Below are positions 1 to 11,351 of a stretch of 56,363 nucleotides of DNA, one piece after another. The notes beneath the pieces are model-generated. The model had not been told where the DNA came from. It saw only the letters and a list, made by a program, of their open reading frames with translations, and did no database searches. Position 1 is the stretch's first letter. Every line of letters begins with the position of its first letter. Both the position numbers and the translations under genes were made by a program. The stretch spans positions 1 to 56,363 of the forward strand of contig JALAGF010003430.1 in assembly GCA_030167865.1 (NCBI GenBank). The letters run 5' to 3'. Source of the DNA: Craspedostauros australis. Lineage: Eukaryota.

Positions 1-963
1 GTCACCGTACAGATTGCCGATGCTGCTGATGCCGGTCTGGCTGACGTCAATTTCGACGCCCAAGACCTTTGCGGCCTTGTTGATCTGGCTGATGGCCCGC
101 GTGACGTGGGTGGGGACGCGGACGACGTCATCGCGTTCGGCGATGCATTGCAAGACGGCGGCCCTCACCCAGTACATAGCGTAGGTGGAGAACTTACCCC
201 CGATCTCTGGATTCCACCTATCAATGGCACGTGCCAGACCTATGGCACCTTCCTGGACCAGATCATCTCGCGAAAGCGAGTTGAGCTTGCCGACGCTACC
301 GCCGTAGCTATTGCCGGTGTTGCGTTTGCCAGGTTGCGACTGCGATTGGAACGATTGCTTTCCGGCGATCTGGTTGACGACGTAGTGCACTAGCCCCATG
401 TTTCTGGTGACCAAGGTGTCACGCGCGCACTGTCCATCGATCATGGCATCCTCGTACAGGTCAAGTTCATCGCCGTACCCGGATGCCTTGGCGCGGACCG
501 AAAGGAGCGGCATGGACTTTGATGGTGACTTGGATGCCAGGTCAGTCTCAATATTCTTGAGGCGTCTCATCTCAACCGCCTGTCGCAGGAGCTCCGATTC
601 CTCTTCGGCAGTCAGACGGGGCATCCTGGAGGGAGGAGAAGGCGCTGTTGCTGTCCTCCTGCCTCTGCGCGATTCCGTTCGAGTCAGAGTGGTAGCCGCA
701 GTCATTGCAAGTGCCGATGTTGGCCTTGGAAGTGCCTCATGCAAGGGGCGGCTGGTGAAGGCGTTTGCTGGTGCCATCGTAGATGCTGGCGTGAAGGCCG
801 ATGCCGATGTTGAGGCAGGTTGGGCCATTGAGAAGGCCTCGCATGGGGAGGTGGTCGTGCAGAGTGTGGTGCACATCATCGCCATTGCGACCCATGTCCT
901 CCTTCTGTGGCGTCCTGCCTGTTGCCGTCGTTGTTGCTGCTGTTGCTGCTGTTGCTGCTTCAT
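1..963 (-). CDS. Plastid-targeted RNA polymerase sigma-70 factor (5' part; ORF runs off the left edge of the window)
   Basis: Manual translation of the minus strand from ATG at 963 is open to position 1: MKQQQQ...WVAMAMMCTTLCTTTSPCEA-FSMAQP (signal peptide + F, ASAFAP-like), LTAEEESELL (region 1.2), ARDTLVTRNMGLVHYVV (2.1), DDLVQEGAIGLARAIDRWNPEIGGKFSTYAMYWVRAAV (2.2-2.4), DDVVRVPTHV (start of region 3). It is missing from the ORF track because there is no stop in the window. Confidence 0.93.
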   Translation of the reverse strand, partial: MKQQQQQQQQQRRQQAGRHRRRTWVAMAMMCTTLCTTTSPCEAFSMAQPASTSASAFTPASTMAPANAFTSRPLHEALPRPTSALAMTAATTLTRTESRRGRRTATAPSPPSRMPRLTAEEESELLRQAVEMRRLKNIETDLASKSPSKSMPLLSVRAKASGYGDELDLYEDAMIDGQCARDTLVTRNMGLVHYVVNQIAGKQSFQSQSQPGKRNTGNSYGGSVGKLNSLSRDDLVQEGAIGLARAIDRWNPEIGGKFSTYAMYWVRAAVLQCIAERDDVVRVPTHVTRAISQINKAAKVLGVEIDVSQTGISSIGNLYGD

Positions 964-2281
964 CGTGTCGTTGGACTCTGTCGTTGGGTGCTGTTTGTTG
1001 AGCGGTGAGTTTGTGAATTGTTCGGCAGGTTGTTGGAATGCAGATGTGCGATTTTATGAAACCGTCCAGGTGGAGGATGATGCGAACCGGCAAACAAGAA
1101 GGATCGAAGCGACCTCGGTTGTTGGGGTGATGTATCTGGTCTTTGTGACCTGATTGAGGAGAGCAAGTGCGAGTGATGTGTCAGCACTGACTCCTTGTTG
1201 TGCTGATCTCTTTCCTTTTCGCACAAGAGGTGGCCAACCGTAACCGAGAGAGTTGAGTTGGTGTTGGGTTGGGCTGAGTTGTAATACGGAGTTGGTCTGT
1301 GTCAGATCGTATGGTGTGATGCGAAGATACAAGTGGCGACAAGAGTGGAATGGTCAAACAACACAGTCACCAGCATCACCAGCACCAACAACATCAACAA
1401 CATCGTCATCGCGTGCGTGATGTTCGTCTGCGTTGTCCCTGTTTGTTGTTCGGGTGCCATCAGCGAGGTTGTGACTCTTCTGACGTCACAAAACTTCGTT
1501 TTTTGGAGCCGTTTCTGAGTCATTCTGATCGAGATGGCAGTCTATCCAGAAGAATATAGGCCAGGAAGTGAAAGAAGACAGAGATGTGATGAATGTGTGG
1601 ACATCATCAACCAAGACCGACCCACGGTAGTCAAACCATCCCAAACCAAACAATGAGGATTATGGACATCATCAATCAAGAGCCATACAAAAGTGGCCAC
1701 GGCATCGAAGGCGAAGCAATGAGGAGTCTGGACAGCATCAATCAAGACTGTTGATCTTGGGAGATTAGTGCGGAATTCGATTTGCATGAGGCTGTGGTCG
1801 TCACAACAGCATCCAATTTAGTGCGTCCCTTTATTCTGTGAACACTAGTTACATTTGAAACGTTGAACAATTAATACCAAAATAACAATTACAACTTACC
1901 TTACGAATACGGACATAGACGGACAACCAAATATGGTACAAAATTGACATCATATACAATTACCCCGCGACTCTTGTTTCAATTATATTAAATATTGCGT
2001 ATTTACCGCATGTATCAAAACCAACAGAATCCAATCCATGATGGCAAACACAACTCCACTTCCTCCGCGTTGCCAACCAACCATCACCCTGGTGCTGTCT
2101 GTTCACCAAGGATGTATCATAATACGTACCATACTTGCATCGCAATCATAACCACCACCATTGACGTCAGCACTCAACTTACTAAATATTGCGGCCTCCC
2201 CGAAACAAGGTTCAGCCGTACTCGCAGCCATCGAGCCAACACAAGACAAGGACGAGGACCATGTTGCACACAAGCACGAGT

Positions 2282-4735
2282 ATGAAAGCTGAGGTGGAGG
2301 CAGCTACGAACGGTCATGGTGGCGAGAGTGGTGTGGAGGAAGCACCATGCGTGAGATCGCTGATCGAAGGAAGATGGACGCCGCGGCCTTGTCATGAACA
2401 GACCCCGCAGCGGTTGGCAACGTGCATCTCCAAGATGTCGATGTCACCGCCATCGCCGTCATCATCGGTACCGTCAACATCATCGCCCACGATGCGGGAT
2501 GGCACGCAGGGATTCTTCGAACCGACGGTACCGCACGCTGCCACGTGCTCTTCAACGAGCTGCTCTCCCATCATCATCCAGGAGAGGTACATTCTGTCGG
2601 TCGTCACGGTGAGCGGGTCTGCAGGTGATTCCATTGCAGCTGCTGCCAACACCGGCAATGGGAACAGTGCCAACGCGGAGACGCGGAAGGTCTGCTTCCT
2701 TCTCCACGAGCTGTCGATCCCGAGAGATCCGACGAGTCGGACGAAGACGGAGCCGATCCATCGCCTCGTCGTAGATTACGATGTCTCCATCATCCAGTGC
2801 TTCTGCCACACGCTTCCCAGCCACTCGCAGGACTCTGATGAGACGCTCATGATTGCTGCGCTGTCGACGGAGGGATACGTCTTTTTGCTGGTGCTGCGTG
2901 ACAGTGCCAGCGTCAGCAGCCCAACTAACAGAAACAGCAGCAGCAACTACAACTACAACAACAGTATCGGCAGTACCGACCACCAAAGCACCCATGAGAG
3001 CGCGTCGGTGCCGAAGCTCGAGCTCAATTACGTTTGGCACACAGACCGAGTTGGGGCCAGCAACTTCGCCGTCCGATTGAACCTGCCAACATCCGAGAGA
3101 GATCACCCTTCCATCTCGATCCACATCGGTTATCAATCCAACCACATCGAGTGCTGGCTCATCGTTGCGAGAGAGGACGCGCTGGAGTCGCCTTACGTCA
3201 GGACGAGGAGACCGCTGAAGAAAGGGAGCATGGCAAAGACTAATCCGCCCACGACCAGAGACACGTTCCTCTTTGACAGACCCGATGTGGTTCAGATATG
3301 GAGCGGGTTGCTCGATGGGCCAATTCGTGCACTGTACTCCTTCACGTTCGGGCAGGATGCGACCAGCGCCAGCATCCGGACTAAGACGGGCAAAGCGGAT
3401 AGTTTCCACCCTCCTGCAAACAGCGCCGCCAGTACCACAGCCCAAGCCTATCCACGGTCCCTACGCTTCCCCCAATTCATCAATCGCAATGGATCCGCAC
3501 AACATGGGCACGGTCACGGTCGTGGAAATGGGCACCCGGGTCAAGGCCAAGGTCAAGGCAACGTTATCATCCACGCGGACATGGAGAAAGATGATGCAGC
3601 GTACCTAATCGTCATCATCCAATCAACGCAGAACGAGAATAGTGCACAAAAATCGGCAGCAGCAAGACGGGGATCTACGCCCGCTAAAGAGGAACCCATC
3701 TGCCGCGTTGAGATGATCAACCTCGAGAGTGTCCTATCGGCTTGGAATCAGCTCCAGAAAGAGATGAACGGGCCTCAGCATGTCACGTTGATGGATCATG
3801 CTGTCCCGCAGGAAGTGAGAATCAACGCCACATCGAAGACCTCGGACTCGAACATTTCAACAGGTCACGGTGGTGGTGGAAGCACCATCAGTACGAGTAC
3901 GGATGGAAGAGCAAGGAACCAGTCATCGTCAACGCGGCTGCCTCCGCTGGTCCCATGCGTTGGAAGCGATGTCATCCGCACTGTGCACGGCGATTCGTCC
4001 AGTCATCGGTGCGGCGTGACCATGTCTGATGGAAGCGTCCTCTTCCTCACCGCTACGAAGACCAAGAACAACGGCGCTTCATGGGGGACCTTCAATGAGG
4101 TAGATTGCAACATGCTGATGTATCCATCGATCGGATGTGGCATCGCAGCAATTCGCGGCAAAACCAAGCACATGATATGCTGCACACGAAGCGGCACTGT
4201 CTTCATTATCCCCGCGCACAAGGTTCATCAACCCATCAGTGAATCCACAATCCTGACCACGAGCTACCCGGAGGATACTGACTTCGATTCACCGGTGACC
4301 TACGTCCAATCCTTCCAAGCGGGGAACCTCCTTCTGAAACACGGCAGCGAGAGGGTGAAGCTCCCTGTGCTGATCTTTGGATGGACCAATGGCATCATGG
4401 ACGTGTACGCGTGCAGTTTGCTACCATCCAGTTTGATCGAGGATTCCACAACAGTTGCAGCGACGCAGATGAAACCAACCGTTCCGGTGGAGCAGCAGGT
4501 GCTGATTGAAGACTGCTGGGAGAATGGGTCGATCGAGCTCCTGTTCCAACTCCTCGAGCATCTGCAGGACGATCCGAATAATCCGTTGCTGCGAGATCCA
4601 ATGTGGAAGGCAGCGCTCGCGGAATTCGTGGAGCTTTCGGACTATCCCGACAGCATGGTCGATGTCATGATGGAATCCGAGATGTATCCTGCTATGCGAT
4701 CGACCCTCCTTTCCTTGTCCACAGTTTCGGATTGA
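2282..4735 (+). CDS. Uncharacterised protein with predicted beta-rich segments; C-terminal part resembles ITFG2 (KICSTOR subunit)
   Basis: 848-codon uninterrupted ORF (2189-4735); likely ATG at 2261 or 2282. Short hydrophobic beta-strand-like blocks are separated by S/T-rich linkers. Motifs MICCTRSGTVFII, VQSFQAGNL and PVLIFGWTNGIMDVY recall the ITFG2 C-terminus. Family call is tentative. Confidence 0.7.
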   Translation: MKAEVEAATNGHGGESGVEEAPCVRSLIEGRWTPRPCHEQTPQRLATCISKMSMSPPSPSSSVPSTSSPTMRDGTQGFFEPTVPHAATCSSTSCSPIIIQERYILSVVTVSGSAGDSIAAAANTGNGNSANAETRKVCFLLHELSIPRDPTSRTKTEPIHRLVVDYDVSIIQCFCHTLPSHSQDSDETLMIAALSTEGYVFLLVLRDSASVSSPTNRNSSSNYNYNNSIGSTDHQSTHESASVPKLELNYVWHTDRVGASNFAVRLNLPTSERDHPSISIHIGYQSNHIECWLIVAREDALESPYVRTRRPLKKGSMAKTNPPTTRDTFLFDRPDVVQIWSGLLDGPIRALYSFTFGQDATSASIRTKTGKADSFHPPANSAASTTAQAYPRSLRFPQFINRNGSAQHGHGHGRGNGHPGQGQGQGNVIIHADMEKDDAAYLIVIIQSTQNENSAQKSAAARRGSTPAKEEPICRVEMINLESVLSAWNQLQKEMNGPQHVTLMDHAVPQEVRINATSKTSDSNISTGHGGGGSTISTSTDGRARNQSSSTRLPPLVPCVGSDVIRTVHGDSSSHRCGVTMSDGSVLFLTATKTKNNGASWGTFNEVDCNMLMYPSIGCGIAAIRGKTKHMICCTRSGTVFIIPAHKVHQPISESTILTTSYPEDTDFDSPVTYVQSFQAGNLLLKHGSERVKLPVLIFGWTNGIMDVYACSLLPSSLIEDSTTVAATQMKPTVPVEQQVLIEDCWENGSIELLFQLLEHLQDDPNNPLLRDPMWKAALAEFVELSDYPDSMVDVMMESEMYPAMRSTLLSLSTVSD

Positions 4736-5204
4736 ATTGCAGAATCAAGGAGCACTCGTCACGTGTTGCATTATCGGGATGGCACGCATAAGTATCGCAT
4801 TACCCCCAAGATTATGAATCAGAGAATATAAGAGTACAGTAGAGTAGAATAGAGTAGAGTATAGTACAGTAACACGCTCGCGCCCTGTGCGAAGTTGCAA
4901 GGATGACGGTGGAAGCGAGCTGAGGTGGTGGTGGTGTGGGTAGTTGCAGACAGTGGCAGGTATTGTCTTGGTTCGATGGCCTTCCCTCTTGTCTCGTGTT
5001 GTAGCGTGCTCAACAACAACAGATCTGAACAACAAAGCAACACAAAAATACCACCAACACAAACGCACAAAAGGGAAGACGAACAGAGATAGCCACAGAA
5101 AGCAACTGAAGATCTGCAACAAGCACCAACACAAAGACAGAGTCAGAGTCAGAGGGACGCCGAAGCCACAATAGTATTATATACTAAAGGGGACGTTCGG
5201 AAAG

Positions 5205-5971
5205 ATGATGGACCCAATGGCAAACCTGGACGCCGGGGCAGCAGCACCCAGCGCCGACGACGATGAGAAGGACGTGATTGATTTCTCCACGCTGCGGCTG
5301 AATGTGCAACGGATTGACAAGACGAAGTCAGTGATGGGCATCGCATCGGGCTGCGTTGCTGGAATCCTGGGATTGACAGGATGGGAGGGACTGGGTACGT
5401 CGGACTAGTGGCATGGCGTTGTGCCAGTATTCTGCAGCGCAGTGTGCTGTGCTGTGCCGTGATGGTATGGCATGATTTGGCGTGACATGTCGGCTTCGCG
5501 AGGTTATTATTATTCTGCTGCTGCTGCGGTTGTTACAACTGCTGCGATCTTCTTGGAGATGGATCAGGATTGGCCTTGTGCTGCTTCACCATCCAACTTA
5601 TGATACGAGTGTGGCAATACGATGTGGTCAACTCACTCTTCGCATATCCTTCGGAACTGCTTGTCTTGCATACCCACGCTGGGCCGATCTCTCTCTCTCC
5701 CTTTCCGTGTTGACGATGCGCACACGAATACAACCACAACCTCAACTACCACTGCCACTACAAATATTTCCACGAACGGACGCACACAGTGTGTTTTGCC
5801 ATCCTGCAGTCCATCGTGCTGCTCAGCCTTTGGGCCTTCAAGATGAACTTCCGACTATACGCTTGCACAAGACAGTCATGGTTCTCGTACATCTCGGCCA
5901 ACCTGCAACAAAATGCGCTGTCATTCACGTTGTTTTGGACGTTGTTCTATGGACTGGTGTATCTGTATTGA
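5205..5971 (+). CDS. EMC6: ER membrane protein complex subunit 6 (Rab5-interacting family); join(5205..5394,5790..5971)
   Basis: Exon 1 ...SVMGIASGCVAGILGLTGWEGL and exon 2 VCFAILQ...ALSFTLFWTLFYGLVYLY match EMC6 hallmarks. The GTACGT...CACAG intron at 5395-5789 joins the exons in frame. Confidence 0.92.
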
Positions 5972-6476
5972 AGCTTCATGGAATGGAGAAAGACAGAGCG
6001 CATTGAAAATGGAGACAGCTTTGATGAAGACCCTTTATGGCTTTGCTCGCAGAAGGACAAAGAAAGACAGACAGACGAAGTTTTGAGTATTCGCCGAGGA
6101 TCCAGACCAGAAGGAAACGAAATGGGTCGCCGCACTCCACAACGCAAGTAACTAAAATGCAAGTAAAGGAATGGAGTTCCATGCTTGTGTAAAACCAATC
6201 CCTGAGGATCTTACATCGATAGAGTGCAAATTCCGACGTTGTGGAACCAGCCATTGTGGATTCCAGGAAGTCCAAGTGCCGGGGTGTGTTTTCGACATCA
6301 GCTTTGCGAAATATTCTTTCCGCAGCGATGTATCGGACTGTGCAGCGTGCTGTTTTCAATCTGATGCATTGATAGCACTCCAAAGCCATTCATGAGATCT
6401 GCCGGCCAAGGCATCTGAATCATATAATATTATATCATACATCAAGCTCAAGATTTGCTCCACCCCAACAAGGTTA

Positions 6477-7491
6477 TCATCTCGGTGCACCGAAGGCCTC
6501 TGGCATACGCTCGATGGTGTACTTGTATCCAGATATGTACATGCATGGGACACCGGGAATCTTTCGAATTCTGCCTCGCAGCTCCTTGTCGCATGTCGCC
6601 ACGATGAAGCACTTCCATTGCTTCACCAAATTCGTAATGCAGTCATCCGCGTAGCACCCCTTGCAGTTGCACGGCACACGTTCGAACCGCGGATCCTTCG
6701 CCAATCGCAATGCGATCTTGTACTTGCCACCCAGCTTCTCTAATTCGCCCATGACGCAGTCTGTGATGCATGGGATGCATTTGGCCAGCAGGCAATCCAT
6801 CATCGCTCGGACCATGTCCAGCTTTTTTCTGCGAGAGAGTCGACGAGAGTTCGTTTGAATATTTGTTCATGCCGCAGCCATGCAGGTTCATAATTGTATG
6901 GTACCCCGTCGCCATGAAAACACATTGTCCCCGTACGAGTGGCATGATGATGGTGCATTTTCCCATGGGAAAACAATCGCAGAGGCGGCCGGCATTTGGA
7001 AGGATAGTATGACAGAAGATGGAGCAGAATCCAAACATGGATGAGTGTCAGCGTGCGAGTACTGGTATTCGTCGCACTTGAATGATGGATTCGCACGGAT
7101 TCACACTGGACTTCTTAGCTAAGAACCAACGAGATTGTTGCTGCAACTGCACCCTCGTCCGTGCCACCTCTCCAGAGACTCATGCCCATGGCCCCGCGGT
7201 CGACTTTGACACAGCCATACTCGCATTCTGTCGAGACCAAAACCGTACGTACCGAATGGAGAAGTTGATGAAATTCGTGTCCACGAGAACATGGTACGGC
7301 GGACCTAACTGCGTGTTGTACTGGAAGAAGAGGGCAGAGTTGGCCTGCTCCACATGCCTGGGCTCCTCCTTCTTCTTCTTTTGGATCTCCTTTTGCTTTG
7401 CCTTCTCCAAGTTCTCCTTGACGCGAGTGTCCTTCGGACTCATCAGCTTCTTCGTCACCGCGAACTTGCGTGTGATCTTTGCCTTGCCCAT
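6477..7491 (-). CDS. FCF1: rRNA-processing PIN-domain endonuclease FCF1/UTP24; complement(join(6477..6828,7253..7491))
   Basis: MGKAKITRKFA...FFQYNTQLGPPYHVLVDTNFINFSIR|KKLDMVRAMMDCLLAKCIPCITDCVMGELEKLG...YADDC...IVATCDKELRGRIRKIPGVP. The GTACGT...GCAG intron at 7252-6829 restores the frame. Confidence 0.97.
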
Positions 7492-9072
7492 GGTTGCTGT
7501 TCTGTTTGGAGATGCTCGTACTGGTGCAACGTTGATGTTGGCAATGTGTTGGCGTCGTCCTTGTGTTGGATATGCTGCATCGATACGAGTGGAGTACGAC
7601 CTGCGAACTATGGTCGACCAACGTCGCCCCTTTCCCAGTTGGAACAAATGATGCCAAGAGAGAGAGACGGTGCCGGTTTGGGGGTGAAGTCCTGTTGTCA
7701 TCATCGTTGCCAACAAAACGATCAAAAGCCCAGAAAAAAGGCGCGGGTGGAGGTGGACAGGAATGGAATCTGGAATCTGGAATTTGCAAGTGGTTCTTGA
7801 AATAACACGACTTGATCCAGCGTGTTGTTGAAATGCGAGGCTGACGAGAACCGTCGTTCTTTGCAAACGGAACAAAAAGGAATGGCTGGGTCGCGCAGAA
7901 CAGGTTCTTTGTTGATGTGCGCCACAATGTATGCATTTGAGGTATACGGACATGAATAAAGTGATCCATGCTGACTCTCACATGGTCACATTTTGCTTTC
8001 TGCAAAATGGCAAAACGAGCGCAGGCAATCCCAAACACAACCCACCCCACCAAGACCCGAAAAAAAAAACACGACAACCGATCCAAGACAACAACACGGA
8101 ATGGCGAAGTCTTGGGTTCCGGAGCGAGAGACCTGCCTCCGAGCAGAGACAGCTTGTTCGTCTGCCTCCGGAAGAGGAACAGAACAGAGGTGCGAACATC
8201 GTTGGTGTCATCATCCTGTTCGCGCACGAAGCCAGATTGTGGCTGTTCTTCTTCTCCTTTCCTTGCCGCCGAATCTTCGCAACCAATTCGAAGGGAGGCA
8301 GGTCAAATACCTCTTGCTGCCTCTCTCTGTCTGCTCATGTGCCTCTTGTTCGCCCGCAAGTCGTGCAAAGTCGATGCCGTGTTTGTTCTTGTCGTGCAAA
8401 GTTGATGCCATGGTTGTTCTTGTCGTGTTTGTTGTTGTCGCGAAGTGCAACGCAATGGGGTTCGCTTGGTTGTTCGGCGTTTCACGCGTATGGACGCCAT
8501 GCTGATGCTTCTGCCAATACAACAGCGAGAACAACATGTACTCTGCGAAATAAGGCTGCGCAAGCGATGGCTGCCAGCCGCTGCAAACGACAACATTGGG
8601 CTGTCTGCTCCGCCACGTCCGCCAGCAAGAAAACAGTGAGAAAGGTAGACCATACGGACACGAATGGGACTCAAATTACACTACTCTACGAGAACTCGGA
8701 ACGATTGGATTCCCATCTGGAGCTGTGGGCGGCAAGGGAACGGCCATCAAAATCTTCTATCGACCGTTCTGCCTGCGTCCAGAGCGTTCATTTGACCTTT
8801 TCAGTGACTGGGATGGCTGAGGAAGTCGCAATTGAGAGAAGGAACATATAAGGACGCTTTGTGGCTGCGTCTCGCTTGCGCCGTTCGAGGAACGGCAGGT
8901 CCAGATTTGCGGCACAGCAAGGCGCCGCAAATGAATTGGACAGCACAGCACGACATGGCGTGGCACAGCGAGCACATGACCGGTCGGGCGACCGGGCCAC
9001 CAGCATCTTGATTTCGTACATGAAAGAATATGTGGGAGTTGCGAGTATGCGACCACGATGTCGACTGCTTCT

Positions 9073-9752
9073 CTACGCCTCCTGTTCTGGAGACTGAGGT
9101 TCCGCCGTTTCGACCTCCTCCTTCTCGGCCTCCTTGTCTGCCTCGCCAGCCTTGTCTGCCTCGCCTGTCTCAACTGCCTTGGTCTCAACTGCCTTGGTCT
9201 CAACTGGCTTGTCCTTTGCGTCCTTGTCGGCTGGTGGAGAAGATCCTCCGAGGCATCCGCACATGGAGGCGAAGAAGCTCTTCTTCTCGGGAGCGGGGGC
9301 ATCGGCGTTCACATCCTTGGTGGCCGCATCAGTGGTCACCTCTCCAGGGATATCTGCGGTCGGCTTCTCGCCCTCCGCGTTTGTCTCGGCAGGCACCTCC
9401 TCGGTGGCTGGGGCTGGTGTGTTGGTTTCGACTGCATCGCATCGTTGCGAGGATGAGCATCGTCATATTGGTCGCGGTCGTAGGTGTGTTGATTTGGCGT
9501 GGGAGGTGGAAGCACAACAAGAACAAAGCATCATGGAACAACAAACAGAATCAAAAGGAGTGTGAGCATCGCGAGCAGTCTGGGCAATACAATGGGCGCG
9601 CGATTGGCCGCAGGCGACATGTGGCATGTTTGGAATCAAGTTTGCGCGCGCTGTCGAAACCGCTGTCATCAACACCATTGCCACCAGCACCATTGCCGTC
9701 AGCACCACTATCATCACGAGCGTCATCGCTGTGCGGACCCACCTTCGGCCAT
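9073..9752 (-). CDS. Small acidic disordered protein (~122 aa) with a central FFASMCGCLG motif; complement(join(9073..9431,9743..9752))
   Basis: A 10-nt first exon ATGGCCGAAG is followed by donor GTGGGT (9742). The acceptor GCAG at 9432 gives MAEVETNTPAPATEEVPAETNAEGEKP...KKSFFASMCGCLGG...VETKAVETKAVET...EQEA*. Codon usage looks coding. Confidence 0.72.
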
Positions 9753-10792
9753 CTTGCTTGCTTGTTTTTTGATGTCTTGGTGGTGCGTGTTTGCTTTGTT
9801 TGCTTTGTTTGCTTTGTGTTTGGCGCAATTCTGTTTTTGTGAGGGGTTGGGGCAGAAGCACGAGATGTGGTGACGCGACCTACAAATGTGTTGTCTGTCT
9901 CGATGGAAAGAGCGGAACTGAAAGACAGGAACCCTGTCAAAGCGGTTCTGTTTGGCCTCCCTTGACAACCTCCTTCCACAAGAGAAGTCATCGCAATCCG
10001 AAACAGAGAGGAATCGGAGCTCGCGCAGCGTGTATCGTTTCGAACAACGCGGAGAAGAGGAGGTGCCTCCACTTCGCCTCCAGACATACGACTACTCCCA
10101 CAGCCATCCGCTGAATTCGGAACTAACGAAGCGAACCGTATAAAAACTAATCTAGGGCCAAATCGTGACAAACAATACAACTCGAGTCACTAGTCCCAGA
10201 TATGTCTCCACAATGTCCTAGACGTGTCGCAGACGGACCACACCTTTCTCCTCACAATTTTTCAAGCGTTGGGGCGAAGAATTTTCGATTTTCCACAAAC
10301 ACGCTTCGTGCATACACTCACATCACTGGCAACATGGGTTGTGCTTTGCAGCAGGCCGAGATGACATCGAGCACCCAGCACCGACCATCGGACATCACGT
10401 TTCATTGCGTTCCATCACACCACATCTCGTGACAAGTCCTCGACAGGACACACCTGAGCGAGCAGTACAAATAGAGTACATGGTTTTGCTGATCACGCCA
10501 TCATCAGTCCAACACCATCGAGGCAAACCACATTGATGCTGAATCCCTCCTCGTGACAGAGACAGCATTCCCACTCCAACCAAGCAAGAACCTGGACGCA
10601 GCTCCTGTGCAAAGCAACCGACGAAAAGTTGTCCATTGAAAGGCGAATGAAGATAGAGTGGAATGGTATCGCACTTATAGTACATACTCTACAAGCTCCT
10701 ACTACTCTGCTATACTTTGCCCAATTCTTTGGATTTCAAACGCTTGAGACAAGTTCGAGAAGGCATCGATTACATCATCACAACTCTTGACA

Positions 10793-10795
<3 letters not shown>

Positions 10796-10867
<72 letters not shown>
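10796..10867. repeat. (CT)n microsatellite, ~36 units
   Basis: Perfect CT dinucleotide run ~180 nt upstream of the 11049 ATG. Confidence 0.98.
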
Positions 10868-10869
<2 letters not shown>

Positions 10870-11048
10870 ACAAAGAGGCATACTCCAACTCCGGCAACCT
10901 GAACAATACTCGCATTCACACTCGCACTTGCACCCTTCCTCGCAGCCGAGCGTTCCATCCATCGACAACAATCAGGACCGACACTGCAAGCACCGAGCAT
11001 CATTGTCTTCAGTACCTTTCGAGCTACGACGGAGCGCACGCTTGCATC

Positions 11049-11317
11049 ATGTCCAGCATGCCCAACAGAGACAGTGGCACCGATTTCGCATTCATGAGTT
11101 CGTACAATGATACCGCAGACTTCGAGACCACAAATTCCTTGGGGCAGCAGCAAAGTCCGTCCATACCACCATCGAAGGCATCAAGCGCCGCCGCGCCTGT
11201 CCTGTCAACCACGAGCGATGATTCGTCCGCGACTATGGCATCTCAGAGCCGTCATTCCGGTGGTATCACGTACTACGACGAGGATGAATCGACCTACTAC
11301 CATGGCGACTACAACGA

Positions 11318-11351
<34 letters not shown>

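Noticed and set aside
106-1153. Plus-strand ORFs 106..393 and 398..1153 (poly-Cys)
   Set aside because: They are antisense shadows of the sigma-factor gene; the poly-C is the reverse of its poly-Q codons.
7491-8851. Overlapping ORFs of 257-370 aa upstream of FCF1
   Set aside because: No recognisable domains and mostly non-ATG starts. The conserved FCF1 start is MGKAK at 7491.
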